64,000 nucleotides of DNA. Source: an uncultured Candidatus Saccharibacteria bacterium. Lineage in GTDB: Bacteria > Patescibacteriota > Saccharimonadia > Saccharimonadales > UBA10212. Made by a program: the position numbers and the translations under genes. The notes under the pieces were generated by a model. It was not told where the DNA came from. It saw only the letters and a program-made list of their open reading frames with translations, and did no database searches. The stretch is from contig CAYWQH010000003.1 of the NCBI GenBank assembly GCA_964460855.1, forward strand, positions 617-64,616, in the 5' to 3' direction. Each line of letters starts with the position of its first letter. Positions within the stretch are counted from its first letter, which is position 1. This document shows, one piece after another, positions 43,182-53,474 of this stretch.

Positions 43182-44561
43182 ATGAACGACGAGGGTATAG
43201 TTTTAAACAGCGCGCGGATACCGCCGCAAAACATCGAAGCCGAAGCAAGCCTGCTGGGCTGTTTGATGATTGACCCAGACGCCTATATTCAGGTTGGAGA
43301 CGTAATCCGGCCCGAAGATTTTTATGACGAGCGGCACCAAAAAATATTCGAATCAATCGTTAGTTTGCACGAAAAACACAGCCCAGTTGACGTGCTGACA
43401 TTAAGCGAGCAGCTTAAAAATACCGGGTACCTGGATGTTGTCGGCGGCGCCAGTTATTTAACTGAACTGACTAATTTCGTGCCTACGGCATCACACGCGC
43501 CGCAGTACGCCGAAATTATCGCCACTAAAGCCATTCGCCGGCGCCTAATAAAGGCTACGCAGATTATCGCCAATATCGGCTTTGACGAGCAAAAAAGCCT
43601 GCAGGAACTAATCGAAGAAGCCGAATCGCGGTTATTCGAAGTCAGCCAACGGCACGTCCGCCAGGACGTAGCCAGCCTGGAATCAATCCTGGCCGACAGT
43701 TTTGACCGCTTAGACGATTTACACAATAACAAAGGCGGCATCCGGGGCATTCCTACCGGGCTGAAAGACCTCGATAAAATTCTGGCTGGCTTGCAGCGAT
43801 CGGATTTGTTCGTGCTGGCGGCCCGGCCATCGATGGGTAAAACCGCCTTGATGCTAAACATCGCCCGCAACGTGGCTACCAAAGCCAAGCAGGGAGCAGT
43901 ACTGGTATTCAGCCTGGAGATGGGTAAGGAGCAGTTAGTGGACCGCATGCTGGCCGGCGAAGCCGGGGTTGATGCCTGGAAGCTGCGCACCGGCGACGGG
44001 CTAAAAGACGAAGATTTCGAAAAACTTAGCGCCGCCATGGGCGTGCTGGCAGAAGCCCCGATTTTTATAGATGATACGTCCGGCATTACGGTAAGCGACA
44101 TGCGCACTAAATCCCGGCGGCTGCACCACCAGGACCCGCTGGCGCTAATAATCGTTGACTACTTGCAGCTGATGAGCGGCGGCACCCGCTTTGCCAGCAG
44201 CGCCAATAGGGTACAGGAAATTTCCGAAATCAGCCGCGGCTTAAAAATACTGGCCCGCGAGCTTAACGTACCGGTTATGGCGCTAAGCCAGTTGAGCCGT
44301 TCGGTAGAAAGCCGCAGCCCGCAAATCCCCCAGCTGGCCGACCTGCGCGAATCGGGCTCCATCGAACAAGACGCCGATGTAGTGGCTTTTATTTACCGCG
44401 AAGATTATTACAACCCCGAAACTGACCGCAAAAACATCACCGACGTATTTATTAAAAAACACCGTAACGGTCCGACCGGCAACGTCGAGCTGTACTTCGA
44501 CCGCGAACGCCAGCGAATCCATAATTTGGACCGAAAACACGCTACGCCGTTTGACGGTTAA
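43182..44561 (+). CDS. dnaB: replicative DNA helicase DnaB
   Basis: PPQNIEAEASLLGCLM, Walker A ARPSMGKTA, IIVDYLQLM and ALSQLSR. Confidence 0.95.
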   Translation: MNDEGIVLNSARIPPQNIEAEASLLGCLMIDPDAYIQVGDVIRPEDFYDERHQKIFESIVSLHEKHSPVDVLTLSEQLKNTGYLDVVGGASYLTELTNFVPTASHAPQYAEIIATKAIRRRLIKATQIIANIGFDEQKSLQELIEEAESRLFEVSQRHVRQDVASLESILADSFDRLDDLHNNKGGIRGIPTGLKDLDKILAGLQRSDLFVLAARPSMGKTALMLNIARNVATKAKQGAVLVFSLEMGKEQLVDRMLAGEAGVDAWKLRTGDGLKDEDFEKLSAAMGVLAEAPIFIDDTSGITVSDMRTKSRRLHHQDPLALIIVDYLQLMSGGTRFASSANRVQEISEISRGLKILARELNVPVMALSQLSRSVESRSPQIPQLADLRESGSIEQDADVVAFIYREDYYNPETDRKNITDVFIKKHRNGPTGNVELYFDRERQRIHNLDRKHATPFDG

Positions 44562-44581
44562 TTGTTATACTTAAACCAGTT

Positions 44582-45778
44582 ATGCTTGGCGGGTCGGCTG
44601 TCTTTTACTTTATGAAAATGCATTGGCGGGTAATTACCGCCGGGTTGGCGATATTATTGATACTGCTTACGGTACTTGGATGGCATATCGGCGATATAAC
44701 ACCGGGCATGAGCCCCAGCGAAATCCACGCCCGCGACCAAAGCCGCACCATCAGCCAAATCGTAAACAACCCGCTATACGCGCCGCACAAACTAATCCAG
44801 TATGCCGCCCACAAAACCGGCCACCATGGCCCGCAGGCGATGCGCCTGGCATCACTACTGTTCGCGATGCTTGCCGTATGTACTTTCTTTATAACTTTGC
44901 GGTGGTGGTTTGGCACTTTACTGGCGGCGCTTGGCACTATTTTATTTGCCACTTCACCGTGGTTTATTATCGCGGCCCACAGCGCTACGCCTAACGTGCT
45001 TTTGCTAATGCCGGTTACGGTGTTCGCCTGTTTCTTATGGCTGGAGCAGACCACAAAATACCAGGACATAGCAACTGTAGCTCTAACGGTTGCCGCGGCC
45101 GTCGGCCTCTATACCCCTGGTGTATTTTGGATAATGATTATCGGCGCGGCCGTGTGCTGGCCGACAATCCGTAAATTAACCGGCGAAACCAGTAAGTGGG
45201 TGCCCCAGGCCTGCATTATATTATTCGTTTTACTAATTACACCTTTGCTTTTCTCGATAGTAAAAGATTTTGATTTACTAAAACAACTCTTGTTCATACC
45301 CACTATTAGCGGCCGCAGCCTGTCAGAAATCGGCCAGGATATCGGTTGGGCGGGGCTGACCATTGTATGGCATAGCCGCGAAAACCTGGCTAACTCTTTG
45401 GGCACCCAGCCCATGCTTAACGCGGCGAGCGTGGTTTTTGGCCTGGTGGGTCTGGGATGGCTGGCCGCCCAATACCGCCGGCGCCGGTCTTACTTTTTAC
45501 TGTTCGCGATTATCGCCGGCTTGATATTGATCGGCATGCTGCGGGATTTTACGCTGCTGCTTATTTTGCTGCCAATCATATACATATTGGTAACTTCCGG
45601 CCTGGCTTATTTGTACCAGGAATGGTTTAAGACTTTTCCGCGCAATCCGTTTGCCCGAATACTAGCCTATAGCCTGATTTGCCTGGTAGTTTTGCTAAGT
45701 GCCGTGTACGGCATGCGCTACAGCCTGGTTGCCTGGCCGCGCTCGGCCGAAACCAAAGAAGTTTACATGTTACAATAA
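44582..45778 (+). CDS. polytopic membrane protein (possible small GT-C-like glycosyltransferase)
   Basis: About 10 TM segments. The start is uncertain (ATG 44582, 44612 or 44618). Function assigned only by architecture. Confidence 0.65.
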   Translation: MLGGSAVFYFMKMHWRVITAGLAILLILLTVLGWHIGDITPGMSPSEIHARDQSRTISQIVNNPLYAPHKLIQYAAHKTGHHGPQAMRLASLLFAMLAVCTFFITLRWWFGTLLAALGTILFATSPWFIIAAHSATPNVLLLMPVTVFACFLWLEQTTKYQDIATVALTVAAAVGLYTPGVFWIMIIGAAVCWPTIRKLTGETSKWVPQACIILFVLLITPLLFSIVKDFDLLKQLLFIPTISGRSLSEIGQDIGWAGLTIVWHSRENLANSLGTQPMLNAASVVFGLVGLGWLAAQYRRRRSYFLLFAIIAGLILIGMLRDFTLLLILLPIIYILVTSGLAYLYQEWFKTFPRNPFARILAYSLICLVVLLSAVYGMRYSLVAWPRSAETKEVYMLQ

Positions 45779-45799
45779 AGGCAATTACCAGGAGTTATT

Positions 45800-46093
45800 A
45801 TGAATAAATTTGACCAGGCTAAATTGTTAATGAAAGCCCGCAAACTGCAAAAAGAATTGCAAAAAGAAATCATAACGTCGGAAGCAGGTGACGGCGCCGT
45901 AAAAGTCGAGATCAACGGCGAGCAAAAAATTAAAAGAATCCATATCGACCCGGAAATGGTCGACCTGGAAGATATCGGCCAGCTGGAGCGCTGGGTAGAA
46001 GAAGCGGTTAAAGAAGCCATAGGCGCCAGCCAAAAACTGGCCGCCGAAAAAATGCAGCCCATGATGGGTGCGCTGAGCGGCCTCGGCTTATAA
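45800..46093 (+). CDS. ybaB: YbaB/EbfC nucleoid-associated protein
   Basis: LMKARKLQKELQKE...GDGAVKVEINGEQKIKRIHIDPEMV is the YbaB pattern. AGGAG RBS. Confidence 0.9.
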   Translation: MNKFDQAKLLMKARKLQKELQKEIITSEAGDGAVKVEINGEQKIKRIHIDPEMVDLEDIGQLERWVEEAVKEAIGASQKLAAEKMQPMMGALSGLGL

Positions 46094-46100
46094 ATCGGAT

Positions 46101-46709
46101 ATGCCCGTACTGCCAAAAGCGCTGGAAGAAGCCGTAGAAGCGCTAACCAAATTACCGGGAGTAGGGCAGCGTACCGCCGAACGTTACGCTTATTATTTGC
46201 TGCGCACCGACCCGCAAACCAGCCAGCGCCTGGCTAACAGTTTATCCGGCTTGCATGCCGGAGTAGGATATTGCCAAAAAACTTACGCGCTTGTTGATGC
46301 CGGGCAAAAACTCAGCCCTCTATATACTGACGAGCGACGAAACAAGAAAGTAGTAGCTGTAGTGGCTGACCCCTTCGACATTGTGGCGATCGAAAAAACT
46401 AATACTTTCAAAGGCACTTACCATGTGCTGGGCGGCTTAATTTCGCCAATTGATAATATCGGGCCTCAGCAGCTACATATCGCCCCGCTGATTAAACGGG
46501 TAAAAGACGACAAGGTTAAAGAAGTTATTTTAGCCACCAATGCCAGCGTTGAGGGCGAAACTACCGCATTGTATTTGCAGCAGCAACTGGCCGGCAGCAA
46601 AGTTAAACTAACCAGGCTGGCCCGCGGGCTGCCAATTGGGGTGGACCTGGAATATGCCGACCAAATTACGTTGTCGCGGGCGTTTGAGGGCCGCCAGGTG
46701 CTAGAATAA
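46101..46709 (+). CDS. recR: recombination protein RecR (zinc-finger cysteines lost)
   Basis: ALTKLPGVGQRTAERYAYYLL (HhH) and the Toprim region VVADPFDIVAIEKT...ATNASVEGETTA. Only one Cys (GYCQKTY) remains where the CxxC..CxxC finger is expected. Confidence 0.93.
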   Translation: MPVLPKALEEAVEALTKLPGVGQRTAERYAYYLLRTDPQTSQRLANSLSGLHAGVGYCQKTYALVDAGQKLSPLYTDERRNKKVVAVVADPFDIVAIEKTNTFKGTYHVLGGLISPIDNIGPQQLHIAPLIKRVKDDKVKEVILATNASVEGETTALYLQQQLAGSKVKLTRLARGLPIGVDLEYADQITLSRAFEGRQVLE

Positions 46710-46714
46710 TTGTC

Positions 46715-47746
46715 ATGGAAACTTCTTATCCTGAAGCTAACCAAATAGCCGAATTGATAAACGGCGCCCAGGACATCCTGATAGTCCAGGCCGACAACCC
46801 GGACGGCGACAGTGTGGCTAGTGCTTTGGCACTGGAAGAAATTTTAGGCGACATGGGCAAAACGCCGCATCTTTATTGCGGAGTAGACATTCCGGTACAT
46901 TTGCATTATTTGTCTGGCTGGAGCCGGGTTAGCAAAACCCTGCCGCCTAAATTTGACATGAGCATTATCGTTGATACCAGCAGCGACACGTTGCTGGAAC
47001 TGCTGGAAATCAGCGGCCAAAAAATGTGGCTTAAAAACAAGCCCTGCGTTATTTTAGACCACCACCCAGTACCCAACAGCATTATGTTCGCAACCGTCGT
47101 CTGCAACCACCCGGCCGTCGCCTGCGGCGAGCTAATTTATGAGCTAGGAAAGCAGCTGGGCTGGCGGATGAATAACCAGTGCGAAAATTATTTGGCGACC
47201 GCAATCTTAAGCGACAGCTTGGGATTGATGAGCGAAGGCACAACGCCGCGCAGCATCCATATTATCGCCGAACTAGTTGAAAACGGGGTGGTACTGGCCG
47301 AATTGGAAGCCGCCCGCCGCGAAACCATGCGCCGCAGCCCCGAACTGGTGGATTACAAAGGCAGGCTGCTGCAGAGGGTGGAATATTACGCCGACAACCG
47401 CGTAGCGGTAATTTCGATACCGTGGGATGAAATTGAAGCCTATAGCCAGAGCTACAACCCGTCGATGTTGGTTCTTGATGACATGCGCTTAACGGAAGGT
47501 ACCGAGGTAGCCATAGCATTTAAGATTTATCCCGACGGCAAGATAACAGGTAAAATCCGCTGCAATTTTGGCAGCGATATAGCCAACCAATTGGCCGAAA
47601 GCTTCGGCGGCGGCGGCCATGCCTATGCCAGCGGCTTTAAAATCCAAGATGCCACTCCCTATGACGAGCTTAAAGCCCGGGTAATTGCCCGGGCCGCCGA
47701 ACTGCTCGACCAAAAAAAGGAAGCCAAGCTGCATGAAACTGTTTAA
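46715..47746 (+). CDS. DHH/DHHA1 phosphoesterase (NrnA-like nanoRNase/pAp phosphatase)
   Basis: NPDGDSVASALAL, IVDTS, ILDHH and GGGGHAYASGF. Confidence 0.85.
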   Translation: METSYPEANQIAELINGAQDILIVQADNPDGDSVASALALEEILGDMGKTPHLYCGVDIPVHLHYLSGWSRVSKTLPPKFDMSIIVDTSSDTLLELLEISGQKMWLKNKPCVILDHHPVPNSIMFATVVCNHPAVACGELIYELGKQLGWRMNNQCENYLATAILSDSLGLMSEGTTPRSIHIIAELVENGVVLAELEAARRETMRRSPELVDYKGRLLQRVEYYADNRVAVISIPWDEIEAYSQSYNPSMLVLDDMRLTEGTEVAIAFKIYPDGKITGKIRCNFGSDIANQLAESFGGGGHAYASGFKIQDATPYDELKARVIARAAELLDQKKEAKLHETV

Positions 47747-49136
47747 TACTGCCGGTAGGCAGTTGGAAAACTTTGACATCCAACCCGACCAGCCAGTTAG
47801 TTTATATACCTGCGGCCCGACCGTTTATGACCAGCCTCATATTGGCAACTGGGTAGCTTATATCCGCTGGGACACTTTGGTGCGGACACTTCAGCTAGCC
47901 GGCTTCCAGGTTAACTGGGTGATGAACATCACCGACGTAGGCCATTTGGTAAGCGACGCCGACGAGGGTGAAGATAAAATGGAAAAAGGCGCCCGCCGCG
48001 AAGGCTTATCGGCCTGGGATATTGCCGATCGCTACATTAAATCTTTCGAAGAGGGCTACCAACAGCTGCATTTGCTCAACCCCAAACATTTAGCGCGGGC
48101 CACGGAATTTATTAACCAGCAAATAGAGCTGGTAAAGCGGCTTGAGGAAAAGGGGTTTACTTACCAAATTGACGACGGCGTATATTTTGATACCGGTAAA
48201 TTTCCGCACTATGCCGACTTTGCCAAGCTGGACTTGCAGGGCGAAAAAGCCGGCGCGCGGGTTATAACCAACCCCCAAAAACGCCAGCCGGCCGATTTTG
48301 CCCTCTGGAAGCTAAGCCCGCCGGACAAACAGCGCGATATGGAATGGGACAGCCCCTGGGGTAAAGGTTTTCCGGGTTGGCATATAGAGTGCAGCGCCAT
48401 TGCCATGGATTTGTTGGGCGAAACCATCGACATCCATACCGGCGGAGTCGACCATATCCCGGTCCACCATACCAATGAAATCGCCCAGAGCGCGGCGGCC
48501 ACCGGCAAGCAATTCGTGAAATATTGGCTGCACAACAACCACATGCTGGTAGACGGCCAAAAAATCAGCAAATCATTGGGCAATGGCTTTAGTCTAAAAG
48601 ACTTACAGGACAAAGGTTATGAGCCATTGGTTTTTAAATTATTCGTTTTGCAAAGCCACTACCGCACCCAATCTAATTTTTCGTGGGCTAACCTGGAAGC
48701 TGCCGCCAACCGGCTGCATACTTTTAGGTCGCTGGCCGAAATGCGTTTCCAACTGGCTGATTCCGGCGATAGCGATCATAAAATAGACGAATTCCAGGCC
48801 GCCATCACCGGACAATTAAGCGACGACCTTAATACCCCCGAAGCCCTAGCCACCGTCAGCCGGGCGGCTGGCGATATAGAAAGCGGCCTTGATGTAAGCG
48901 CCGGTAAATTAACAGGCTTTGTACAGTTTTTAGATAGGGCGCTTGGCTTGGAGCTGGAAGCCGCCACATCAGATATAGAAGACGGCCAAAAAAACCTTAT
49001 AAAAGAGCGCTGGCAAGCCCGCCAGAACCAGCAATGGCCGGCGGCTGACGAAGCCCGTCACCAATTGGAAAGCCAAGGCATTTGGCTGCGCGACGGCAGC
49101 CATAAAACTTACTGGACCAGGCAGCCGGTTAAATAA
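47733..49136 (+). CDS. cysS: cysteine--tRNA ligase
   Basis: MKLFNTAGRQ..., HIGN, the WHIECS region, and KISKSLGN (KMSKS). Start taken at ATG 47733; the ORF-track upstream extension overlaps the previous gene. Confidence 0.95.
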   Translation: MKLFNTAGRQLENFDIQPDQPVSLYTCGPTVYDQPHIGNWVAYIRWDTLVRTLQLAGFQVNWVMNITDVGHLVSDADEGEDKMEKGARREGLSAWDIADRYIKSFEEGYQQLHLLNPKHLARATEFINQQIELVKRLEEKGFTYQIDDGVYFDTGKFPHYADFAKLDLQGEKAGARVITNPQKRQPADFALWKLSPPDKQRDMEWDSPWGKGFPGWHIECSAIAMDLLGETIDIHTGGVDHIPVHHTNEIAQSAAATGKQFVKYWLHNNHMLVDGQKISKSLGNGFSLKDLQDKGYEPLVFKLFVLQSHYRTQSNFSWANLEAAANRLHTFRSLAEMRFQLADSGDSDHKIDEFQAAITGQLSDDLNTPEALATVSRAAGDIESGLDVSAGKLTGFVQFLDRALGLELEAATSDIEDGQKNLIKERWQARQNQQWPAADEARHQLESQGIWLRDGSHKTYWTRQPVK

Positions 49137-50216
49137 TCAGGCGGTTTCGGCGGCGGTTTTAGGCCGGCGCTGGTCGAGGTAATCCGCAAGCAGGATTTTG
49201 ATACAGCCGGCAACTGGTATGGCTATCAGGGCGCCGATAAAACCGGCAAAGCCAATGCCTAAAATAGCGGCAATAAACACTAACAGCGGCGACAATTCGT
49301 TTTGGCGGCTTTGGATGTAGGGCTGCAAGGTAGCGTTTTCGATTTGGAAATAAATTATAAAGTAAGCCAGCATAATCAATGCCAGGGTAGGTGAGGCGAA
49401 TAAGCACATTAATATAACAACCGAAGCAGCCAAAGGGTTGCCGATCATCGGGATAATCCCGAACACCGCGACAATACTGGCCAGGGCGACGGCGTTAATA
49501 GAAACGCCCAGCAAAGTACTGGAAATCAGCAGCGCTACCAAGGCGAACGTACCGGCGCAAATAGCCAGCAATAATTGGCCGTTTACAAAGCCGGTAACCA
49601 TTTTATACATCTTGCGGGCCAATTGCTTATCGTGTTCCCGGCGCTTTGCCGGCATTACTGCCCAAAAGTGGTCAATTAATACGGGGCCTTCTACCAGCAT
49701 CATAAAAGTCATAACTACTACGGCGATTATTGATACTATGGTTTCGCCGATGCGCTTGCCGGTACTTAGCACCGGCCCGCGGATATCTTTGAATTTTTCG
49801 CTGAAGTCATTGGCGGAAGATTGCAGCTGCTCGTCAATTTTTAGCCGGTCCGCCAGGCGGGCTACACTGTTATCGCTGGTTTTAAAGTTTTGAACCGTTT
49901 CCGGTACGCTTTGGACGAATTCGCGGGCCTGCTGGAAGATTGGCGGACCGGTCAGACTAAAGAAAGCAATTATCACTACCAAAATTGATATATAGGCTAC
50001 GGCCGTAGCCCGGGCCCGGCTATCGATTTTAAGGTGCCTGGTAATCCAGCTGACGGCCGGGTTCAGCGCCAGCGCAAAAAAGAAACTCATAAAAATCAGG
50101 GTCAGCGGGCGGATAATGCTGCTAAAAAAGTTAAACAGCAGCAAAGCCACAATAATAATAAAAATGACCCGCACAATTGTACGGTTAGAAATATTTACCG
50201 TAACCGATCTGTTCAT
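49137..50216 (-). CDS. AI-2E family transporter (PerM/YhhT-like)
   Basis: 359 aa with about 8 TM segments and family-typical topology and length. Sequence-pattern recall only. Confidence 0.75.
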   Translation of the reverse strand: MNRSVTVNISNRTIVRVIFIIIVALLLFNFFSSIIRPLTLIFMSFFFALALNPAVSWITRHLKIDSRARATAVAYISILVVIIAFFSLTGPPIFQQAREFVQSVPETVQNFKTSDNSVARLADRLKIDEQLQSSANDFSEKFKDIRGPVLSTGKRIGETIVSIIAVVVMTFMMLVEGPVLIDHFWAVMPAKRREHDKQLARKMYKMVTGFVNGQLLLAICAGTFALVALLISSTLLGVSINAVALASIVAVFGIIPMIGNPLAASVVILMCLFASPTLALIMLAYFIIYFQIENATLQPYIQSRQNELSPLLVFIAAILGIGFAGFIGALIAIPVAGCIKILLADYLDQRRPKTAAETA

Positions 50217-50236
50217 TAGTAGTATTATGCTATGGC

Positions 50237-51370
50237 TTAGCGCCTTTTGGCAACTGAACTCAAATATGCTTGTTCAATTTGCTGGCCGACAACCGGAACG
50301 TCGTACTGTTTTACGGCCTCCTTTAACCACCTCGTAACCTCTTGATGCTCGGGGCTGTCAGCTAGAAAATATTTTATTTTTTCGGCGAATTTTAAGGTGT
50401 CGAGGGGGTCGAATAGCAGCTCTGGGCGATCGCCCAAAACCGAAGCGTAGCCGGGGTTGTTGCCGCCCAGGACAATACGGCTACCAGCTGCCATGGCTTC
50501 GATTAGAACTATGCCGAAACTTTCGCCGCCGGTTGACGGGTAGCAGGCAATATCGGCGCTGGCCAGTAGCGGGGCTTTGTCGGCCTCGTCGATAAAACCC
50601 AGGAATTTAACATTTTCGCTCAGGCCCATTTTGGCGACTTCTGATTCCAACTTTTGACGCATCGGGCCGCCGCCGGCAATCAACAGTTCGGTATGGGGCA
50701 TACTGGCATGCACTAAACGGAAGGCTTTAATTAAATGTTGGCAGCCTTTCCGCTCTACCAGCCGGCCTAAAAATACAATGCGCTGGGCACCGGGTGCTTT
50801 GGGCCACTTCAGTTTATTTTCGAAGTGATAAAAAGGGCTGAGGTCCAGGGTATTTGGCGATACGTCGGTATTAATGCCAAAAGCCCGCGCTGCAAAAACT
50901 TTAGCCGGCTGGCTGACGCTAAAAAATTGGTCGAAACGCCGGAGGCTCCGGCCATATACCACTTTAAGCAGCCGGCAGCCCCAAAATTGGATCTTGCCCA
51001 CGGGCATAATATGGAATGTGCCGATAACCGCCGACTTTTCAGAAGCTTGGTTTATAATTTTTTGGGCTAAAAAAGGGGAGTACGGAGTTTGTACATGAAA
51101 AACGTCGAAATTTTCATTGGCTAATAGGCCATTTATCCGTCCGCGGCTGGCCGGCAGTGGCATAACGACCCGGTTGCCATTGAACTTAACTTTTATTGTG
51201 CGGCTTAAACTATGCACCGGCCCGCCGGCCCATTCTTTTAACTTGGCCTGGCTGGTCAAATAATGCACGTTATGCCCTTGGCCCGACAACCAGGCGCCTA
51301 ATGACTTAACATACTGCTGGACGCCATCATTGCTATCCAGTGTGGTATCAATGACCAACGCTATTTTCAT
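50237..51370 (-). CDS. glycosyltransferase family 4 (GT-B)
   Basis: MKIALVIDTTLDSNDGVQQYV and YPSTGGESFGIVLIEAMAAGSRIV (E-x7-E). Confidence 0.85.
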   Translation of the reverse strand: MKIALVIDTTLDSNDGVQQYVKSLGAWLSGQGHNVHYLTSQAKLKEWAGGPVHSLSRTIKVKFNGNRVVMPLPASRGRINGLLANENFDVFHVQTPYSPFLAQKIINQASEKSAVIGTFHIMPVGKIQFWGCRLLKVVYGRSLRRFDQFFSVSQPAKVFAARAFGINTDVSPNTLDLSPFYHFENKLKWPKAPGAQRIVFLGRLVERKGCQHLIKAFRLVHASMPHTELLIAGGGPMRQKLESEVAKMGLSENVKFLGFIDEADKAPLLASADIACYPSTGGESFGIVLIEAMAAGSRIVLGGNNPGYASVLGDRPELLFDPLDTLKFAEKIKYFLADSPEHQEVTRWLKEAVKQYDVPVVGQQIEQAYLSSVAKRR

Positions 51371-52512
51371 GTTGTAAGCTGTTTGACGTTGGGATAAGTT
51401 TTAATAGCTGACTCGTATAGCTTTTCGTATTGGTCGACGATGTTCTTATAATCGAATTGTTTAACGTAATCTCTAGACCATTTAAGCCACAGCTGGGCCA
51501 TTTCGCGGTCGTATAGCATAAGATCGAGGCGGCGGGCAAAATCGTTGGCGTCCAAAGGGTTAACCAGCGACAACGCGCCGCGCTCATGCAAAACGCTTTC
51601 GTAGCCGGGGTTATCACCGGCAATTACCGGAGTGCCGGCAGCCATAGCTTCGAGTAAGACGATACCGAAGCTTTCACCGTAGCGGGAAGGCGCGCAAAAC
51701 ACGTCGGCGTTTTGCAGTAGTTTGATTTTATCTTTTTCGCTTAAAAAGCCGCGGAATTCGACGCGGGGAATTTCGTATTCTTCGACGTGGTCTTCCAGCC
51801 GCCGTCGTTCGGGGCCGTCGCCGCCAATTACCAGCTTTACGTCGTCGCGGGCGGCTGCCAGGACCTGGAAAGCATCCAACAAATAGCGCACGCCTTTGCG
51901 CTTTTCGAGCCGGCCGACAAACAGTATGGTTTTATGCGAGTGCTCGGTTTTAACGGTTTTAGCCGGGCTGAATTTGGCAATATTAACCCCGTTAGGGATA
52001 ATGGGCACCGATTCGTCAAGCAGCGCTTCTACCAGCTCGGCCGCCGAAGGCGACACGGCGCTGAAACCGTGCAAGTATTTAATAACCGATCGGCCATAGG
52101 GTATTAGTGAGCGGATAATTGTTTTAGTTGTAAACTGGTCGGGAATTTTGGCATGGAACGTTCCGACATTAACGCACTGCGACCGGCTGAGTAGCTGCCA
52201 GCCAAGCATCGGTACCCAAGGTTCGTGAAAATGCAGCAAATCGAACTTTTCGGCCGCTAAAAATTTATCGATAACTTCGGTATCGACGGCTGCGGCCAAT
52301 TGGCCCTGGGTACTGAATAACCGGTTAAAGCTGCGGGCGCCTCCAATACAAATCATATCCTGCGGTAAACTACCCTTAAATCCTCGCGGGCGAGGCGTAA
52401 TAACGCGCACCTCGTGGCCCCGGCGCCGCAGCTCGTCGTACATCGCCATGACGCACTCCGGCACACCGCCTCCGCGGAACATGTTATACGGGCAAACAAG
52501 GCCGATTTTCAT
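51367..52512 (-). CDS. glycosyltransferase family 4 (GT-B)
   Basis: MKIGLVCPYNMFRGGGVPE and CAPSRYGESFGIVLLEAMAAGTPVI. A 4-nt overlap with its downstream paralog. Confidence 0.85.
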   Translation of the reverse strand: MKIGLVCPYNMFRGGGVPECVMAMYDELRRRGHEVRVITPRPRGFKGSLPQDMICIGGARSFNRLFSTQGQLAAAVDTEVIDKFLAAEKFDLLHFHEPWVPMLGWQLLSRSQCVNVGTFHAKIPDQFTTKTIIRSLIPYGRSVIKYLHGFSAVSPSAAELVEALLDESVPIIPNGVNIAKFSPAKTVKTEHSHKTILFVGRLEKRKGVRYLLDAFQVLAAARDDVKLVIGGDGPERRRLEDHVEEYEIPRVEFRGFLSEKDKIKLLQNADVFCAPSRYGESFGIVLLEAMAAGTPVIAGDNPGYESVLHERGALSLVNPLDANDFARRLDLMLYDREMAQLWLKWSRDYVKQFDYKNIVDQYEKLYESAIKTYPNVKQLTT

Positions 52513-52534
52513 AATTACTAGTATTGTACCAAGA

Positions 52535-53464
52535 TTAGGCTTTTTTACGGAGTAGCTGTCGGATTTCGCGGGGCACGTAAGGCGCGGCTTCTTTGGCGGT
52601 GGCGACCACCGAGGGGGCGTGGGCCGGCATTTTAGTCTTAACGAGGGTGAAGTCGCTAAAAATAGTCCGCATGTGCTCTTCGACTCGGATGTTATTAAAA
52701 TATAAATCGTTATCTATTGAAATATGGTAAACCGGAAGATCTACCCTTTGGCCGCTCAAGTCCAGTACGAACATCGAATGGCCGGTTTGCATATAAGTGC
52801 GCAGGTCGTTGCTTCGCCATAAAATAATTTCGAAGGCGATACGCTTTTTACGTTCTGCGGCATCGGCGTCAGCTAATTTAACATGGCGGCCTTCAACCAG
52901 ACGGTAAGCGCCCTTAATAAACACCGGCTGCAAAGCCACATTTTTAATGAAAGCCGAGGTCAGCCGGTAAGAAAACAGCTTTGTGCCGCCCCGCATCATC
53001 CAGTAATAGCGGCGCTTTACGCCGAAATCATCTTTATGGGCAAATCCGACCACACTAATTAAATAATCGACTTTTTTGGCCAGTTCGGGGTAACGCTGCA
53101 GCATGCGGGTAACGACTACAAAACCGTAGCTCATGCCCATGACGGTAAAACGGCGGTTGCGGTAACGCAGTTTGCAAAAAGCTGCCAGGTAATCGGCCAT
53201 TGCGTCGAGAGTTGGCTTTTCACCGAATTTATAAAAACTGTCCATGCCGCCAAAGCCGGGCAAATCCGGCATAGTAACCGTTCCGTATTTCTTTAGGTCT
53301 TCGGCCAGGCCGTACATGCGCTCTAAACTGGAGTGCGCCCCGTAAATTAACAGAATTTGGCGGCGCCGGCGGGGATTCCGAATTATCAGCATGCGGCCCT
53401 GCAGGCCGTTCATGTTCAATGGAAAGATATACTGGCTATGGTCGCTAGCTTGGTTGCTTGGCAT
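52535..53464 (-). CDS. alpha/beta hydrolase
   Basis: LLIYGAHSSLERM and the nucleophile-elbow-like VMGMSYG. Confidence 0.65.
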   Translation of the reverse strand: MPSNQASDHSQYIFPLNMNGLQGRMLIIRNPRRRRQILLIYGAHSSLERMYGLAEDLKKYGTVTMPDLPGFGGMDSFYKFGEKPTLDAMADYLAAFCKLRYRNRRFTVMGMSYGFVVVTRMLQRYPELAKKVDYLISVVGFAHKDDFGVKRRYYWMMRGGTKLFSYRLTSAFIKNVALQPVFIKGAYRLVEGRHVKLADADAAERKKRIAFEIILWRSNDLRTYMQTGHSMFVLDLSGQRVDLPVYHISIDNDLYFNNIRVEEHMRTIFSDFTLVKTKMPAHAPSVVATAKEAAPYVPREIRQLLRKKA

Positions 53465-53474
53465 ATGAGCAAGA

